Made by a program: the position numbers and the translations under genes. A stretch of 42,977 nt of DNA from Candidatus Nanohaloarchaea archaeon (lineage in GTDB: Archaea; Nanohalarchaeota; Nanosalinia; Nanosalinales; Nanosalinaceae): contig JBEQAY010000005.1 of the NCBI GenBank assembly GCA_041640075.1, positions 1 to 42,977 on the forward strand, written 5' to 3'. Each line of letters begins with the position of its first letter. The stretch's first letter is position 1. Positions 28,227-37,671 of the stretch are shown here, piece by piece. The notes beneath the pieces were generated by a model. It saw nothing but the letters and a program-made list of their open reading frames with translations. It did not search any database and was not told the origin of the DNA.

Positions 28227-29356
28227 TCTTCCTGCTGCTTTCCCTGGCACTGGGATTCCTGGTAACTTTTGCAGGAACACCCTACGCTAGGAAGTATCTC
28301 CTCGACTCGGGGATTTACGGCGTTGACCAGCAGAAAAAAGAAAAGCCTAAGATACCAACTTCAGGCGGCATCAGCGTAGTCTTCGGCTTCCTTGTTGCAA
28401 CAACTTTTTATCTTGGCCTTAACTCTTTCTTTACAGCACCAGGTGTAGAGGTAAGTCTTATACTGGCTGCACTAAGCTCTGTATGTATAATAACATTGAT
28501 TGGTTTGGTAGATGACATCCATATCAATATAACAAAGCTTATCCAGGATGAAACAGATCTTGACAGCGATGAAATAGATCTTGAACTACCAGAAACCAGA
28601 GACTCTCCTCTGGAAAAATTAACTGTGCTTCTAAGTTGGGATCTTTTCTCTGAGAAAGATGACTCTGGAGACGTCCATAGGGCAGGTCTAAGGCAGAACC
28701 TGAAGATGCTTTTCGTTCTACCAGCCGCATTCCCCTTGATCGCTGTAGGAGCTGGTTCCTGGAGCATGACAGTTCCAGTACTGGAGATGACTATTAACTG
28801 GGGGATTCTTTACCCACTGCTGCTGCTTCCTATCGGCCTACTGTTTGTATCAAACATAGTGAACATGCTTGCAGGAACAAATGGTCTTGCAGCAGGCATG
28901 AGTCTAGTAGCCTCCTTCTCACTGGGAACTTTCGCAATCATGAACGGAGAAACAGAGGCAGCACTTATCGCATGGAGTATTTCAGCACCGCTTGCAGCAT
29001 TCCTTTACTTCAACTTCTACCCTGCATCCATTCTTCCAGGAGACTCACTGACCTACCTATGTGGTGCCGCCATGTTCTCAGCGATGGTAGTCGGCAACAT
29101 GGAGAAGTTCGGAGTATTCATCTTCACACCATGGATAATGGAGTTCTTCCTCAAACTTCGAAGCGGCTTTGACGCCCATTCCTGGGGTATAATACAGGAA
29201 GACGGATCACTTGAATCTCAACATGATAAAATCTACTCTCTGACCCACGTCTTCATGAGGAGAGGATTCACTGAGAGACAGATAACAGTCAGTTTAATAA
29301 CTGTAGAAGCCCTTATCTGCATTACGGGACTTCTACTATTCACCGTGGTACTATGA
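28223..29356 (+). CDS. aglH: UDP-GlcNAc:dolichyl-phosphate GlcNAc-1-phosphotransferase (AglH/Alg7-like, MraY superfamily)
   Basis: G.D..K, PTSGG, GLVDD, NIVNMLAGTNGL and PASILPGDS. ATG 28223 forms an ATGA overlap with the aglB stop. Confidence 0.85.
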   Translation: MIFLLLSLALGFLVTFAGTPYARKYLLDSGIYGVDQQKKEKPKIPTSGGISVVFGFLVATTFYLGLNSFFTAPGVEVSLILAALSSVCIITLIGLVDDIHINITKLIQDETDLDSDEIDLELPETRDSPLEKLTVLLSWDLFSEKDDSGDVHRAGLRQNLKMLFVLPAAFPLIAVGAGSWSMTVPVLEMTINWGILYPLLLLPIGLLFVSNIVNMLAGTNGLAAGMSLVASFSLGTFAIMNGETEAALIAWSISAPLAAFLYFNFYPASILPGDSLTYLCGAAMFSAMVVGNMEKFGVFIFTPWIMEFFLKLRSGFDAHSWGIIQEDGSLESQHDKIYSLTHVFMRRGFTERQITVSLITVEALICITGLLLFTVVL

Positions 29357-31161
29357 GCGACATGGACATAGACGACCTGAAACAGAAAATGCAGGAAACG
29401 TTTCAGAACAAGTACTTCCTGGTTTTATTTGGAATAGTGGCTTTCTCAGCTTTAATTCGATTCAGATACGCCTTTTTCGAAGGTATGTGGGTAGACGAAT
29501 CAATCCATGGCAGGCTTGCGAAAGAACTTCCACACCACCTTCTTGAATATGCTTTACCAGAGATGAAAGGTCAACTCACCAAGAGACCTCCAGTGTATAA
29601 TTATCTGATAACCCTGTCAAACATGACTCTTGGCGGGCTCCTGGGGACCGATACAGCGATAAGAATAGTCAGTCCCATCATGGGAACACTGAGCGTTGTT
29701 TCAACGTACTTTCTGGGACGGGAAATACTGAATAAAAGAACAGGTTTAATTGCAGCAGCACTCGTATCGGTAAACGGAATAATGTGGTTCCTGAGCGAAA
29801 GAATTCTAATGGGCGCAACCTTAACATTCTTCTTCACAACATCACTTCTGGCATTCTACTACGGACTGCAGGATAAAAAATACTCTAAATACGCAATCTG
29901 GGCCTGGGGACCACTCATATTCCTGACAGCTCTCTCAAAACAACCAGGATACGTACTTGGACCAGTAATAGTAATCTTCTTCCTCTACATGAAGAGAAGT
30001 GAACTCAGCGACTACTTCATGACAGATAAAGACCTGAAAGACTCCAAACTATGGGAGGAACTTACAAACAGGAACTACTACATCGCTTTAGGGCTTTTCG
30101 CCTTACTGATGCTTCCATGGATGGTGAGAAACATGAGGGTATGCGGTTTCCCACTTTGCTCTGTTCAGACGGCTCTTCAGATTGTGGAATCAACCACTGG
30201 AAATCTTGATGTACGTGGGACTTTCTTCTTCCTCACAGGGATGCCTGGAATACTGACTCTGCCCGTTGCCGCAGTGACAGGTGTTAAGATCCTGAAAAAT
30301 TTCTTTGACTCTTTCAGCAGAGACGCTGATCTATTCGTCAAGAAAACAGTAATTTCTTTAGTACTTATTTCAGGTGCTTTCTTCCTCCACAGAGAACTTA
30401 CACCGCTTATGATAGTCGGTTCTCTGGCTATGTACGCAGTCAGAGACGGCGAAAAACTTCTCTGGGTTGCAGCGGCTTTCGGTCTGGGAATAATGTCGGT
30501 AAACCAGACCAAGGTTCCACGATACATAGTATTCGCAATACCTGCCATCCTGACAGTAACCGCTATAGGAATAGAGGAGTTCAGTTCACAGATCGCCGAG
30601 CTTCTGAGCGGAAAACTCAATAGTACGGATTTTGAACCAGAATACATAGCCGCCCTCATCCTGATTCCTCTGCTCGGCTTCTCCTATCTTAACGGGCTGG
30701 GGATGGTCTCCAGCAACGGATTTGAATCCCTGGAACCTGCCGGAGAATGGTTAAATGAGAACACTGACAAAAACGACAGATTCATCGCTACCTCGCCACA
30801 GTATAGATACTGGACACATCCAAGAACGCCTGTATCAGCCGCAGGAAGGATACCCGGAAACGAAACCGATTTCAAAAACTTCCTGAGGGATGAAAACATA
30901 TCTTATGTTATAACAGATGTCTACGAGAGAACCCAGCCAGACTGGATAAATACAGGTATCCCTCCCTATCGCATGACACGAAGTCTTGCGCAGCAGATTC
31001 GTTCAGGCCAAATTACAGCTCAGGACGCCTTTAACCAGTTCCAACAGGAACCTAACTACCTTGTGCCTGTACAGAGTTTTGGAGAAACACGAATGCCTTT
31101 AACAGAGCAAACCCAGCCAGCAGTGGTTATTTACCAGGTTAACAGGAGTGCCTTGCAGTGA
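29353..31161 (+). CDS. GT-C fold glycosyltransferase (ArnT/PMT, GT39/GT83-like)
   Basis: WVDE after TM1, KRPPVY, multiple TMs, PRY motif and a soluble C-terminal domain; ATGA overlap. Confidence 0.85.
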   Translation: MSDMDIDDLKQKMQETFQNKYFLVLFGIVAFSALIRFRYAFFEGMWVDESIHGRLAKELPHHLLEYALPEMKGQLTKRPPVYNYLITLSNMTLGGLLGTDTAIRIVSPIMGTLSVVSTYFLGREILNKRTGLIAAALVSVNGIMWFLSERILMGATLTFFFTTSLLAFYYGLQDKKYSKYAIWAWGPLIFLTALSKQPGYVLGPVIVIFFLYMKRSELSDYFMTDKDLKDSKLWEELTNRNYYIALGLFALLMLPWMVRNMRVCGFPLCSVQTALQIVESTTGNLDVRGTFFFLTGMPGILTLPVAAVTGVKILKNFFDSFSRDADLFVKKTVISLVLISGAFFLHRELTPLMIVGSLAMYAVRDGEKLLWVAAAFGLGIMSVNQTKVPRYIVFAIPAILTVTAIGIEEFSSQIAELLSGKLNSTDFEPEYIAALILIPLLGFSYLNGLGMVSSNGFESLEPAGEWLNENTDKNDRFIATSPQYRYWTHPRTPVSAAGRIPGNETDFKNFLRDENISYVITDVYERTQPDWINTGIPPYRMTRSLAQQIRSGQITAQDAFNQFQQEPNYLVPVQSFGETRMPLTEQTQPAVVIYQVNRSALQ

Positions 31162-32279
31162 CAGACATAAGTCTTGTAATTCCGACCATGAATGAGGAGG
31201 AAGGTATAGGAGAATGTATAGAAAGGGCGCAGAACGCTTTTAACGAACTTGGAATGAATGGAGAGATAATCATAAGCGACAGCTCCTCTGACAAAACCCC
31301 TGAAATCGCCAGAGAAAAAGGTGCAAAAGTTGTAACACCAGACAAGCCAGGTTACGGATACGCATACCGGTACGGATTCGAAAGAGCAGAAGGAGACCTC
31401 ATCGCAATGGGCGATGGAGATACAACATACGATTTCGAGGAACTCCCGGAGCTTATCCAAAAAATGAGGGATGAAGACGCTGATATGGTCATGGGCAGCC
31501 GTCTGGATGGAGATATAAAGCCCGGATCAATGCCCAAACTCCATAAATACATCGGCAACCCGTTACTCACAAAGTTCCTGAACAGGTTCTACGGCGCAGG
31601 AGTCAGCGACGCACACAGCGGTATGAGGGTAATCAAAAAAGAATCTCTAGACAAACTTGACCTGAAAACAGATGGAATGGAGTTTGCCTCAGAGATGATA
31701 ATGGAGGCAGGAGCCAGAAACCTGAAGATAGTTGAAAAACCTATAATATACCATGAAAGAGAGGGAGACGCCACACTACATAGTTTCAGGGACGGATGGC
31801 GACACGTAAAATTCATGCTACTGAATGCACCTAGTTATATCTTCTCAGTACCCGGGCTGATTCTAATGACGCTTGGCGCTTCATTACTGGGAATCTCCTT
31901 TCTGGATATAAGCCCACTAGGACAGCAACTTGGTGAAAACACCACTATAGCCGGATTACTGCTCTTTCTAATCGGATATCAGGCAGAGAGCCTCTCAATC
32001 TTTACTTCAGTGACCTCAGACCCAATAAAAGATCCTGGGGGACGCATAAACAACTTTATACTCGAAAAATTCAGCTTCGAGAAAGGAATAGCAGCCGGTT
32101 CAACCTTGTTTTTCCTGGGAGCAGGTTATGCAATATACCTTACCTACAACTGGTACAGCACCGGCTTTACCGCCATACCAAATATAAACCAGAGTATAGC
32201 TGCATTTACAGGTATATTCACAGGCATACAGACGATATTTTACTCAATGTTTTTGACTATAATAATGGACAAAGAATAA
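31158..32279 (+). CDS. GT2 glycosyltransferase (dolichol-phosphate hexose synthase-like) with C-terminal TM helices
   Basis: VIPTMNEE, SDSSSD, GYG, DGDTTY, GSR and DAHSGMR; GTGA overlap. Confidence 0.92.
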   Translation: MTDISLVIPTMNEEEGIGECIERAQNAFNELGMNGEIIISDSSSDKTPEIAREKGAKVVTPDKPGYGYAYRYGFERAEGDLIAMGDGDTTYDFEELPELIQKMRDEDADMVMGSRLDGDIKPGSMPKLHKYIGNPLLTKFLNRFYGAGVSDAHSGMRVIKKESLDKLDLKTDGMEFASEMIMEAGARNLKIVEKPIIYHEREGDATLHSFRDGWRHVKFMLLNAPSYIFSVPGLILMTLGASLLGISFLDISPLGQQLGENTTIAGLLLFLIGYQAESLSIFTSVTSDPIKDPGGRINNFILEKFSFEKGIAAGSTLFFLGAGYAIYLTYNWYSTGFTAIPNINQSIAAFTGIFTGIQTIFYSMFLTIIMDKE

Positions 32280-32291
32280 ACGGTGGGTCAA

Positions 32292-33569
32292 ATGCAGAGC
32301 GAATACAGTAATGTAATACTTTTAAGCGTGGATGCATTACGCAAAGATAGAATTAACGGTAGTTACGAGAGGGATGCAGCTCCTTTCCTTTCAAGACTCG
32401 CTGAAGAAAACATGGAGTTTACTAACTGTATTAGTACAAGTTCTCACACTCGTGAAGCAATGTCAAGTATGCTCACAGGAGTTTATCCATATAAAGCGAA
32501 TAAAAAAGGTCTTATACCAAAGAAAGCACCGGGTGGAGGATTCCACCTAAATCAGAAGACCATAAGTTCGTATCTGGACATCGAAACAGGTGGTTTCCAT
32601 TCAAACCCTTTTCTATCAAGGTCATTTGGATATGGCGAAGACTGGAATAAGTTTGACGATGACATGTATCTGGGAAATAACAAGATTCTAACTCTATTAA
32701 ACCGGTTTATTGGAAAGTTAACCAATAGACATTATTCAAGCGCAGAAAAGATCAATGAAAAATCCCTTGGATGGTTGGATTCAACAAGCGGTAACTTCTT
32801 TCTCTGGAATCATTACATGGATCCACACGGCCCATATCAACCACCGAAAGAATTTAGAGGAAGATACCAGGAAACTCCTTTAAGCAACAGGAAAGCACAG
32901 AATCTGCTAAAGAAAGCGATAACATCACCTGAAGAAATCTCCGAGGATGAACAGCAGAGTCTCATAGATCTGTACGATGAAGAAGTTAGTTACGTAGACA
33001 GCAAAATCAAAGAATTATTTAAAAGTCTAGAAGAGCGAGATCTACTGGCTGAAAGTCTTATTTTAATCGTGGGAGACCACGGAGAAGCATTCGGAGAAAA
33101 TAAATTCTTTGAACATGGCGGAGCCTTGACCGAAGAACTTGTTAGAGTTCCACTAATTATAGTGGATGGGAAGAATATGACTTTAGATACTCCTGCTTCT
33201 GTAATTGATATTGTTCCGACAGTTTTAGCAGCTTTGGGAGAGGATATACCGGAAGATCTCGATGGAGAGAATCTTCTGGAAATAGCTGAAGAACCTGAAA
33301 AATTCAAAGACAGGACTGTTTTCTGTCAGGAAACTAAAAACCAGAATTTGCTTTTCGGAGGTTTCAAAGATGAAGAGATTTTTACTCTAGAGGTTGAAGA
33401 CCGCAATAAAGAATTATCTACAAACTCAGAAGGTATAGAGAAGGAAGTAAGATCTTACGCCGAAAAAGTTCTACATGGAAAAGAGTCAAATGAAAATGAA
33501 GACGAAGTAGAAGAAGAGGTAAAGGAAAGACTTGAGGCTCTAGGATACACCGGAGAAAAATCTCGATGA
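32292..33569 (+). CDS. Sulfatase-like alkaline-phosphatase-superfamily enzyme, Thr at the nucleophile position, C-terminal ERLEALGY tail
   Basis: VDALR.D, HTREAMSSMLTG, HYMDPHGPY, GDHGEAFGE, VPLI and DIVPT. ATG 32292 or GTG 32283 start. Confidence 0.88.
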   Translation: MQSEYSNVILLSVDALRKDRINGSYERDAAPFLSRLAEENMEFTNCISTSSHTREAMSSMLTGVYPYKANKKGLIPKKAPGGGFHLNQKTISSYLDIETGGFHSNPFLSRSFGYGEDWNKFDDDMYLGNNKILTLLNRFIGKLTNRHYSSAEKINEKSLGWLDSTSGNFFLWNHYMDPHGPYQPPKEFRGRYQETPLSNRKAQNLLKKAITSPEEISEDEQQSLIDLYDEEVSYVDSKIKELFKSLEERDLLAESLILIVGDHGEAFGENKFFEHGGALTEELVRVPLIIVDGKNMTLDTPASVIDIVPTVLAALGEDIPEDLDGENLLEIAEEPEKFKDRTVFCQETKNQNLLFGGFKDEEIFTLEVEDRNKELSTNSEGIEKEVRSYAEKVLHGKESNENEDEVEEEVKERLEALGYTGEKSR

Positions 33570-34492
33570 GAAGTAGAAATCTAAAAATAATTCGCTACAG
33601 CATCACAGCAGCTTTACTTGTTTCACTAGTCTACATAGCAGATGTTAAGAGTATAACTTCTCATCTACTGAATTCTAACCTGAAGATATATGGTTTATCT
33701 GTTCTCGTATTTCTAACTATCTATATTTGGTCTGCTTTAAGATGGAAATCGCTAATAAGCGGTCTAGGATACAGTATAAGCTTTACAGACTCAGTTAAAA
33801 TAATTGCAATGTCATATGGTTTTAATAAGCTGCTACCTATGAACGCAGGCGACCTAACAAGATCAAAGCTTATGGAAAGATATACTAGTATCGACAGTCA
33901 CGGCAAAGTCCTTGGAGCTGTAGCTATGGAGCGTTTCCTTGACATACTGCTGCTTGGAACCGTAACAGCCATATCAGCATTCTATATTTTGGGAAATGCT
34001 GGAGGCCTGAAATGGTTGCTTCTAGCAGCAGCTGCTCTAGTAGTTCTCATGATTTCTATTAGACTGAAGAATAAATTATTCATCAGAATTATCGGACTGA
34101 GCAAGTCGATGGGAGTACCAGCAAAAGTAACTGAGTTTATGGAAGATGGTCTGCGGGGTTATAAAGAGATACCTCGTTCGGATTTAGTGGTGGTATTGAT
34201 CTGGCATTCCTTTAGATGGCTCTCCGGAATAATAGTGCTATATCTACTGGCTATATCTTTAGGCACCCCAATTTCACTGGCAGGAGCAGCACTCGTCACT
34301 GGAGTAATGAGTATGGTGGCTGCCCTACCGATAACTCCGGCGGGTATAGGGCCTGTTGAGGCTCTAGGAGCAGGTAGCCTGATTGTATTAGGTTTATCTA
34401 CAAGCCAAGCTGGTGCTCTGGTAATTCTACAGAGAAGTCTGGGTTTCATCCTGATGGGTGCTTTAGGCGCACTAGTTTACTCCCTCGACTAG
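33566..34492 (+). CDS. Flippase-like membrane protein (lysylphosphatidylglycerol synthase TM / UPF0104)
   Basis: RW..L, N.LLP..AGD..R, ERFLD and P.TPAGIG..E. Confidence 0.88.
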   Translation: MRSRNLKIIRYSITAALLVSLVYIADVKSITSHLLNSNLKIYGLSVLVFLTIYIWSALRWKSLISGLGYSISFTDSVKIIAMSYGFNKLLPMNAGDLTRSKLMERYTSIDSHGKVLGAVAMERFLDILLLGTVTAISAFYILGNAGGLKWLLLAAAALVVLMISIRLKNKLFIRIIGLSKSMGVPAKVTEFMEDGLRGYKEIPRSDLVVVLIWHSFRWLSGIIVLYLLAISLGTPISLAGAALVTGVMSMVAALPITPAGIGPVEALGAGSLIVLGLSTSQAGALVILQRSLGFILMGALGALVYSLD

Positions 34493-36036
34493 AAATCTAT
34501 CCCTTCAAGCTCTTTTTCTTCGTATTTCACATTCCTCTCATCTCTAAAAGCTTCTGTAATTGGCTCTCCATCTAAATCTCTCGGTACAGGAAGGTTGAGG
34601 AGGTTCAGAATTGTCGGAGTTACATCTGTAATCTTTAGTTCCTCCAGTTGTTTACCCTTTGAGATGTCTGGGCCTGACACGTGGAATATACCCTTCATTT
34701 TGTGGTGCCCTGTTCTTGAAGGACTTGATTTTATCTTCTTATTTGAACCGAATTCAAAGTGACGCCAGGACATGTACTTGAGATCCTTGGTGAAGAACAG
34801 CAAATCCGGTGCTCTGTCAAGCTCCGGACCGTGATACCTTTCCTCTTTTCTTTGGACGTTTTCAATTATTCTTTCACCTGTCTCAGGATCTTCAAAGCTG
34901 TCAAGCAATTCCTTTACTTCTTCAATAGTTTTCTCACGCTGATCTCCTTTTAGGTCTTCTTTGAGATATATCTGGCCGAAGTTTCCTTTAACAAAAGCTC
35001 TAGTGTTTTCCCAGTCGATATCGTCTTCGGAAAGAACCGGTAGTTCTGCCAGCTTCCCCAGTATTCCGCTTTCCTCCTTCTGTTCGCTCTGGACTATATA
35101 CTCTTCCAGCCCCAGTTTTGATATTAGCCTGTATCCTCTATCCGGTGTTATACCTGCTTTCAGGAGGCTTCTCCGCATCATTGTCAACGGTTTATCCTTG
35201 AACTCGAGTAATCCTTCTTCACGGAAGAGATTGTTGAGATAGATGTTTTTGTGAACCGGGCCGAATCCGTGATCAGACATAACAATCAGATAATCGTCTT
35301 CATCAAGTTTCCTCATTAGTTTTCCAAGTATCTCATCCATCCTGATGTAGACGTTCTTCAGACAGTCCTTGTACTTGTTCCCTTCTGGATGGTCTGGATG
35401 GTCTTCGTCGATGTACTTCCACATCCAGTGCGCCATGGTATCTGTATTAGGGAACAGGACCATGTTCAGATCCAGTTCATGCTGTTCTGTCAAACTGAAG
35501 AAGACCTTCTCCATCTGATCGATCTGGTCGTGATGAGACTGTATGTACTCCTCCTCGTTGTCACCGGTAAAAGTTGAGGCATGGATGGAAAGGCCTCCTA
35601 TCTCCTCTATATCTTTCCACAGCTCCCGCGGATATACTTTATCTTCGTCTATCCTGTCGATAGGAAGCCCTGAGATCATGTACCCATCTACTTCCTGTGG
35701 TGGATACGTGAGAGGTATCCCCAGCGAGCCGACAGATTTTCCATGCCTGTTCATCAGATCATATATTGTATCGGAGCCTACATCAGAGGATGTAACTATC
35801 CCGAAATCGCCGTCTTCCTGTTTAACCGAGAAATCGTAGATACCGTGTTTCCCAGGGTTTTTACCTGTTAGAAAAGATGTCCAGGCACAGGGTGTTATAG
35901 GTGGAAAAACGGTTTCAAGGTCTGCATAGGCAGACTCATCTCTTAACTTCTCAAAGTTAGGTAGATCTCCGTCCTCTATATATTGGTCTATGAGTTCAGG
36001 GCTGGCTCCGTCTATACCGAAAACGTAGACAGTCAT
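34489..36036 (-). CDS. Type I phosphodiesterase / nucleotide pyrophosphatase-like AlkP-superfamily protein
   Basis: GIDGA, PPITPCAWTSFLTGKNPGKHGIYDF, D..AH, SDHGF, GHH and DVTPT. GGAG RBS. Confidence 0.9.
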   Translation of the reverse strand: MTVYVFGIDGASPELIDQYIEDGDLPNFEKLRDESAYADLETVFPPITPCAWTSFLTGKNPGKHGIYDFSVKQEDGDFGIVTSSDVGSDTIYDLMNRHGKSVGSLGIPLTYPPQEVDGYMISGLPIDRIDEDKVYPRELWKDIEEIGGLSIHASTFTGDNEEEYIQSHHDQIDQMEKVFFSLTEQHELDLNMVLFPNTDTMAHWMWKYIDEDHPDHPEGNKYKDCLKNVYIRMDEILGKLMRKLDEDDYLIVMSDHGFGPVHKNIYLNNLFREEGLLEFKDKPLTMMRRSLLKAGITPDRGYRLISKLGLEEYIVQSEQKEESGILGKLAELPVLSEDDIDWENTRAFVKGNFGQIYLKEDLKGDQREKTIEEVKELLDSFEDPETGERIIENVQRKEERYHGPELDRAPDLLFFTKDLKYMSWRHFEFGSNKKIKSSPSRTGHHKMKGIFHVSGPDISKGKQLEELKITDVTPTILNLLNLPVPRDLDGEPITEAFRDERNVKYEEKELEGIDF

Positions 36037-36047
36037 TAAAAACTCCT

Positions 36048-36260
36048 TTAACCCATGTAGCCGAGATCTTCCAGTTTTTCCTTCACTTTCTCCTCCTGCT
36101 CTTCGCTGTACGAGGATTCACTTCCCTGCTTCTCCTTCTTTATCTTCTGCACTACCTGCTCAAGAAGGTGTTCGATATACTCCTCTGTCTCATCAAAATC
36201 TTTCTCCTCAGCCCTTAATTCCAGAACTTCATATAGTTCATTTTTTATCTCGACTTTCAT
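36048..36260 (-). CDS. Small RHH-like protein with C-terminal EKLEDLGY tail
   Basis: N-terminus VEIKNELYEVL..RAEEKDF..TEEYIEHLL (RHH-like) and C-terminus EEKVKEKLEDLGYMG; lies 11 nt upstream of the phosphodiesterase. Confidence 0.75.
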   Translation of the reverse strand: MKVEIKNELYEVLELRAEEKDFDETEEYIEHLLEQVVQKIKKEKQGSESSYSEEQEEKVKEKLEDLGYMG

Positions 36261-36328
36261 GGGTTATCACGTAAAAAGTGGATATGTGATGTTTAAACAA
36301 GTTTCAGAATCTCAGTGTTGACAAAAAT

Positions 36329-36703
36329 CTATTCGTCTTCTTCTCTTTCCTCGGCGTATGGGTCTTCTACTCTTGTGATGTCGCCTGGTTTGTATGGGAA
36401 TGAGATTTCGAGGATTTCTGCTACTTCGTCGTCGATGTTCTGTAGCTGGTGTTTTTCCTCTGATCTGACGACTTTGGCGTTGCCTTTTTCGAGTTCTTTC
36501 ATGTCGCCTTCGTGTCTGAGAACTATGTTGCCTTTTTCCAGGTAGATGATGTCTGCCTGGTGTTCGTGGTAGCTGTAAGATGTCATTTCATCAGCGTTTA
36601 TGACGAGCCTTCGGATTCCAAGCATTCCTACCTGGTCTCCGACGTCTACCTGTGTCATGAGGACCTGTTCCTCGTATCCCCATGGCTTCTCTATCTTTCC
36701 CAT
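36329..36703 (-). CDS. Cupin-domain protein (mannose-6-phosphate isomerase type II C-terminal-like)
   Basis: KPWG, S..YH, H.L.N, LEIS and DITRVEDPY. Confidence 0.8.
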   Translation of the reverse strand: MGKIEKPWGYEEQVLMTQVDVGDQVGMLGIRRLVINADEMTSYSYHEHQADIIYLEKGNIVLRHEGDMKELEKGNAKVVRSEEKHQLQNIDDEVAEILEISFPYKPGDITRVEDPYAEEREEDE

Positions 36704-36728
36704 GGAAAAGTTATAGGCTTGAAACTTC

Positions 36729-37667
36729 TTATACGTGTTTCCTGTAGTACTCTACTGTCTTCTTCAGGCCTTCCTCAAATCCGTGCTGAGGTGTCCAGTC
36801 CAGAAGTTCCTGGGCTTTATCGTTTTCAGCCCTGTGCTGTTCCACGTACTTGTCACGCGGATTTTCGATCTTCTCCGGCTCTATATCCTTGCCAAGTACA
36901 TCGTTCAGTTTCTCTACAACTTCATTGAATGTTACAGGACTTCCGCCTCCTACGTTGATGACTTCTCCATCCAGTTCAGGCTTCGTCTTGGCGGCGGAGA
37001 TGTTGGCCTCTGCCACGTCTTCAACATAGACGAAATCTCTCTCCTGCGTTCCATCTCCCCATATCACAGGTTGTTCGTCGTTTTGCATCTTCCACAGGAA
37101 CTGGGTGACCACGTTAGCGTACTTTCCCTTCGACCTCTCATGAGGTCCGAAAACAGAGAAATACCTGAGACCGGTAGTCTCAATCTTATCCGTATAGGAA
37201 TAGCATCTGGCATACAGCTCCCTGGACATTTTGGAAGCTGTGTAAAGATTTGTAGGTTCAAGATCCATGTCCTCTTGGTGAGGTGGTTCTACACTGCCGT
37301 ACATGGAGCTTGTGGAGGCATAAACTATTTTCTCAACTTCTTCATCTATCGCTGCCTCGGCAACACTGATGAAGCCTTCAATATTTACTCTTGCGCCCTC
37401 AGCAGGGTTTTCCTTGTGCATCGGCGAGGAGCTCCTTGCTGCCTGGTGAAATACCACATCTACTCCCTGCATCGCTTCACTTACTTTTTCATCGTCGAGC
37501 ACCGATCCTTCGATAAACTCTATCTCGTCTCTTACCTTGGATAGGTTATCCTCACTGCCCAGAAATAGGTCGTCGAGCACAACTACCTCAACGTCTCTTT
37601 CGACAAGTTTCTCTACGATATTGGAGCCTATGAATCCTGCTCCCCCTGTAACCAGCGCCCTTTCCAT
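36729..37667 (-). CDS. NAD-dependent nucleotide-sugar epimerase/dehydratase (extended SDR)
   Basis: TGGAGFIGS, YASTSS, YTASK, LRYFSVFGP and GDGTQERDF. Confidence 0.93.
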   Translation of the reverse strand: MERALVTGGAGFIGSNIVEKLVERDVEVVVLDDLFLGSEDNLSKVRDEIEFIEGSVLDDEKVSEAMQGVDVVFHQAARSSSPMHKENPAEGARVNIEGFISVAEAAIDEEVEKIVYASTSSMYGSVEPPHQEDMDLEPTNLYTASKMSRELYARCYSYTDKIETTGLRYFSVFGPHERSKGKYANVVTQFLWKMQNDEQPVIWGDGTQERDFVYVEDVAEANISAAKTKPELDGEVINVGGGSPVTFNEVVEKLNDVLGKDIEPEKIENPRDKYVEQHRAENDKAQELLDWTPQHGFEEGLKKTVEYYRKHV

Positions 37668-37671
37668 AACA

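Noticed and set aside
28520..28684. Possible intein or intron in the AglH-like gene
   Set aside because: Too short, no Cys/Ser...His-Asn termini, and the frame is open; treated as a loop insertion.
36735..37544. 269-aa plus-strand ORF
   Set aside because: Antisense shadow of the well-supported epimerase; Leu/Phe/Arg-rich composition unlike the acidic proteome, with no motifs.
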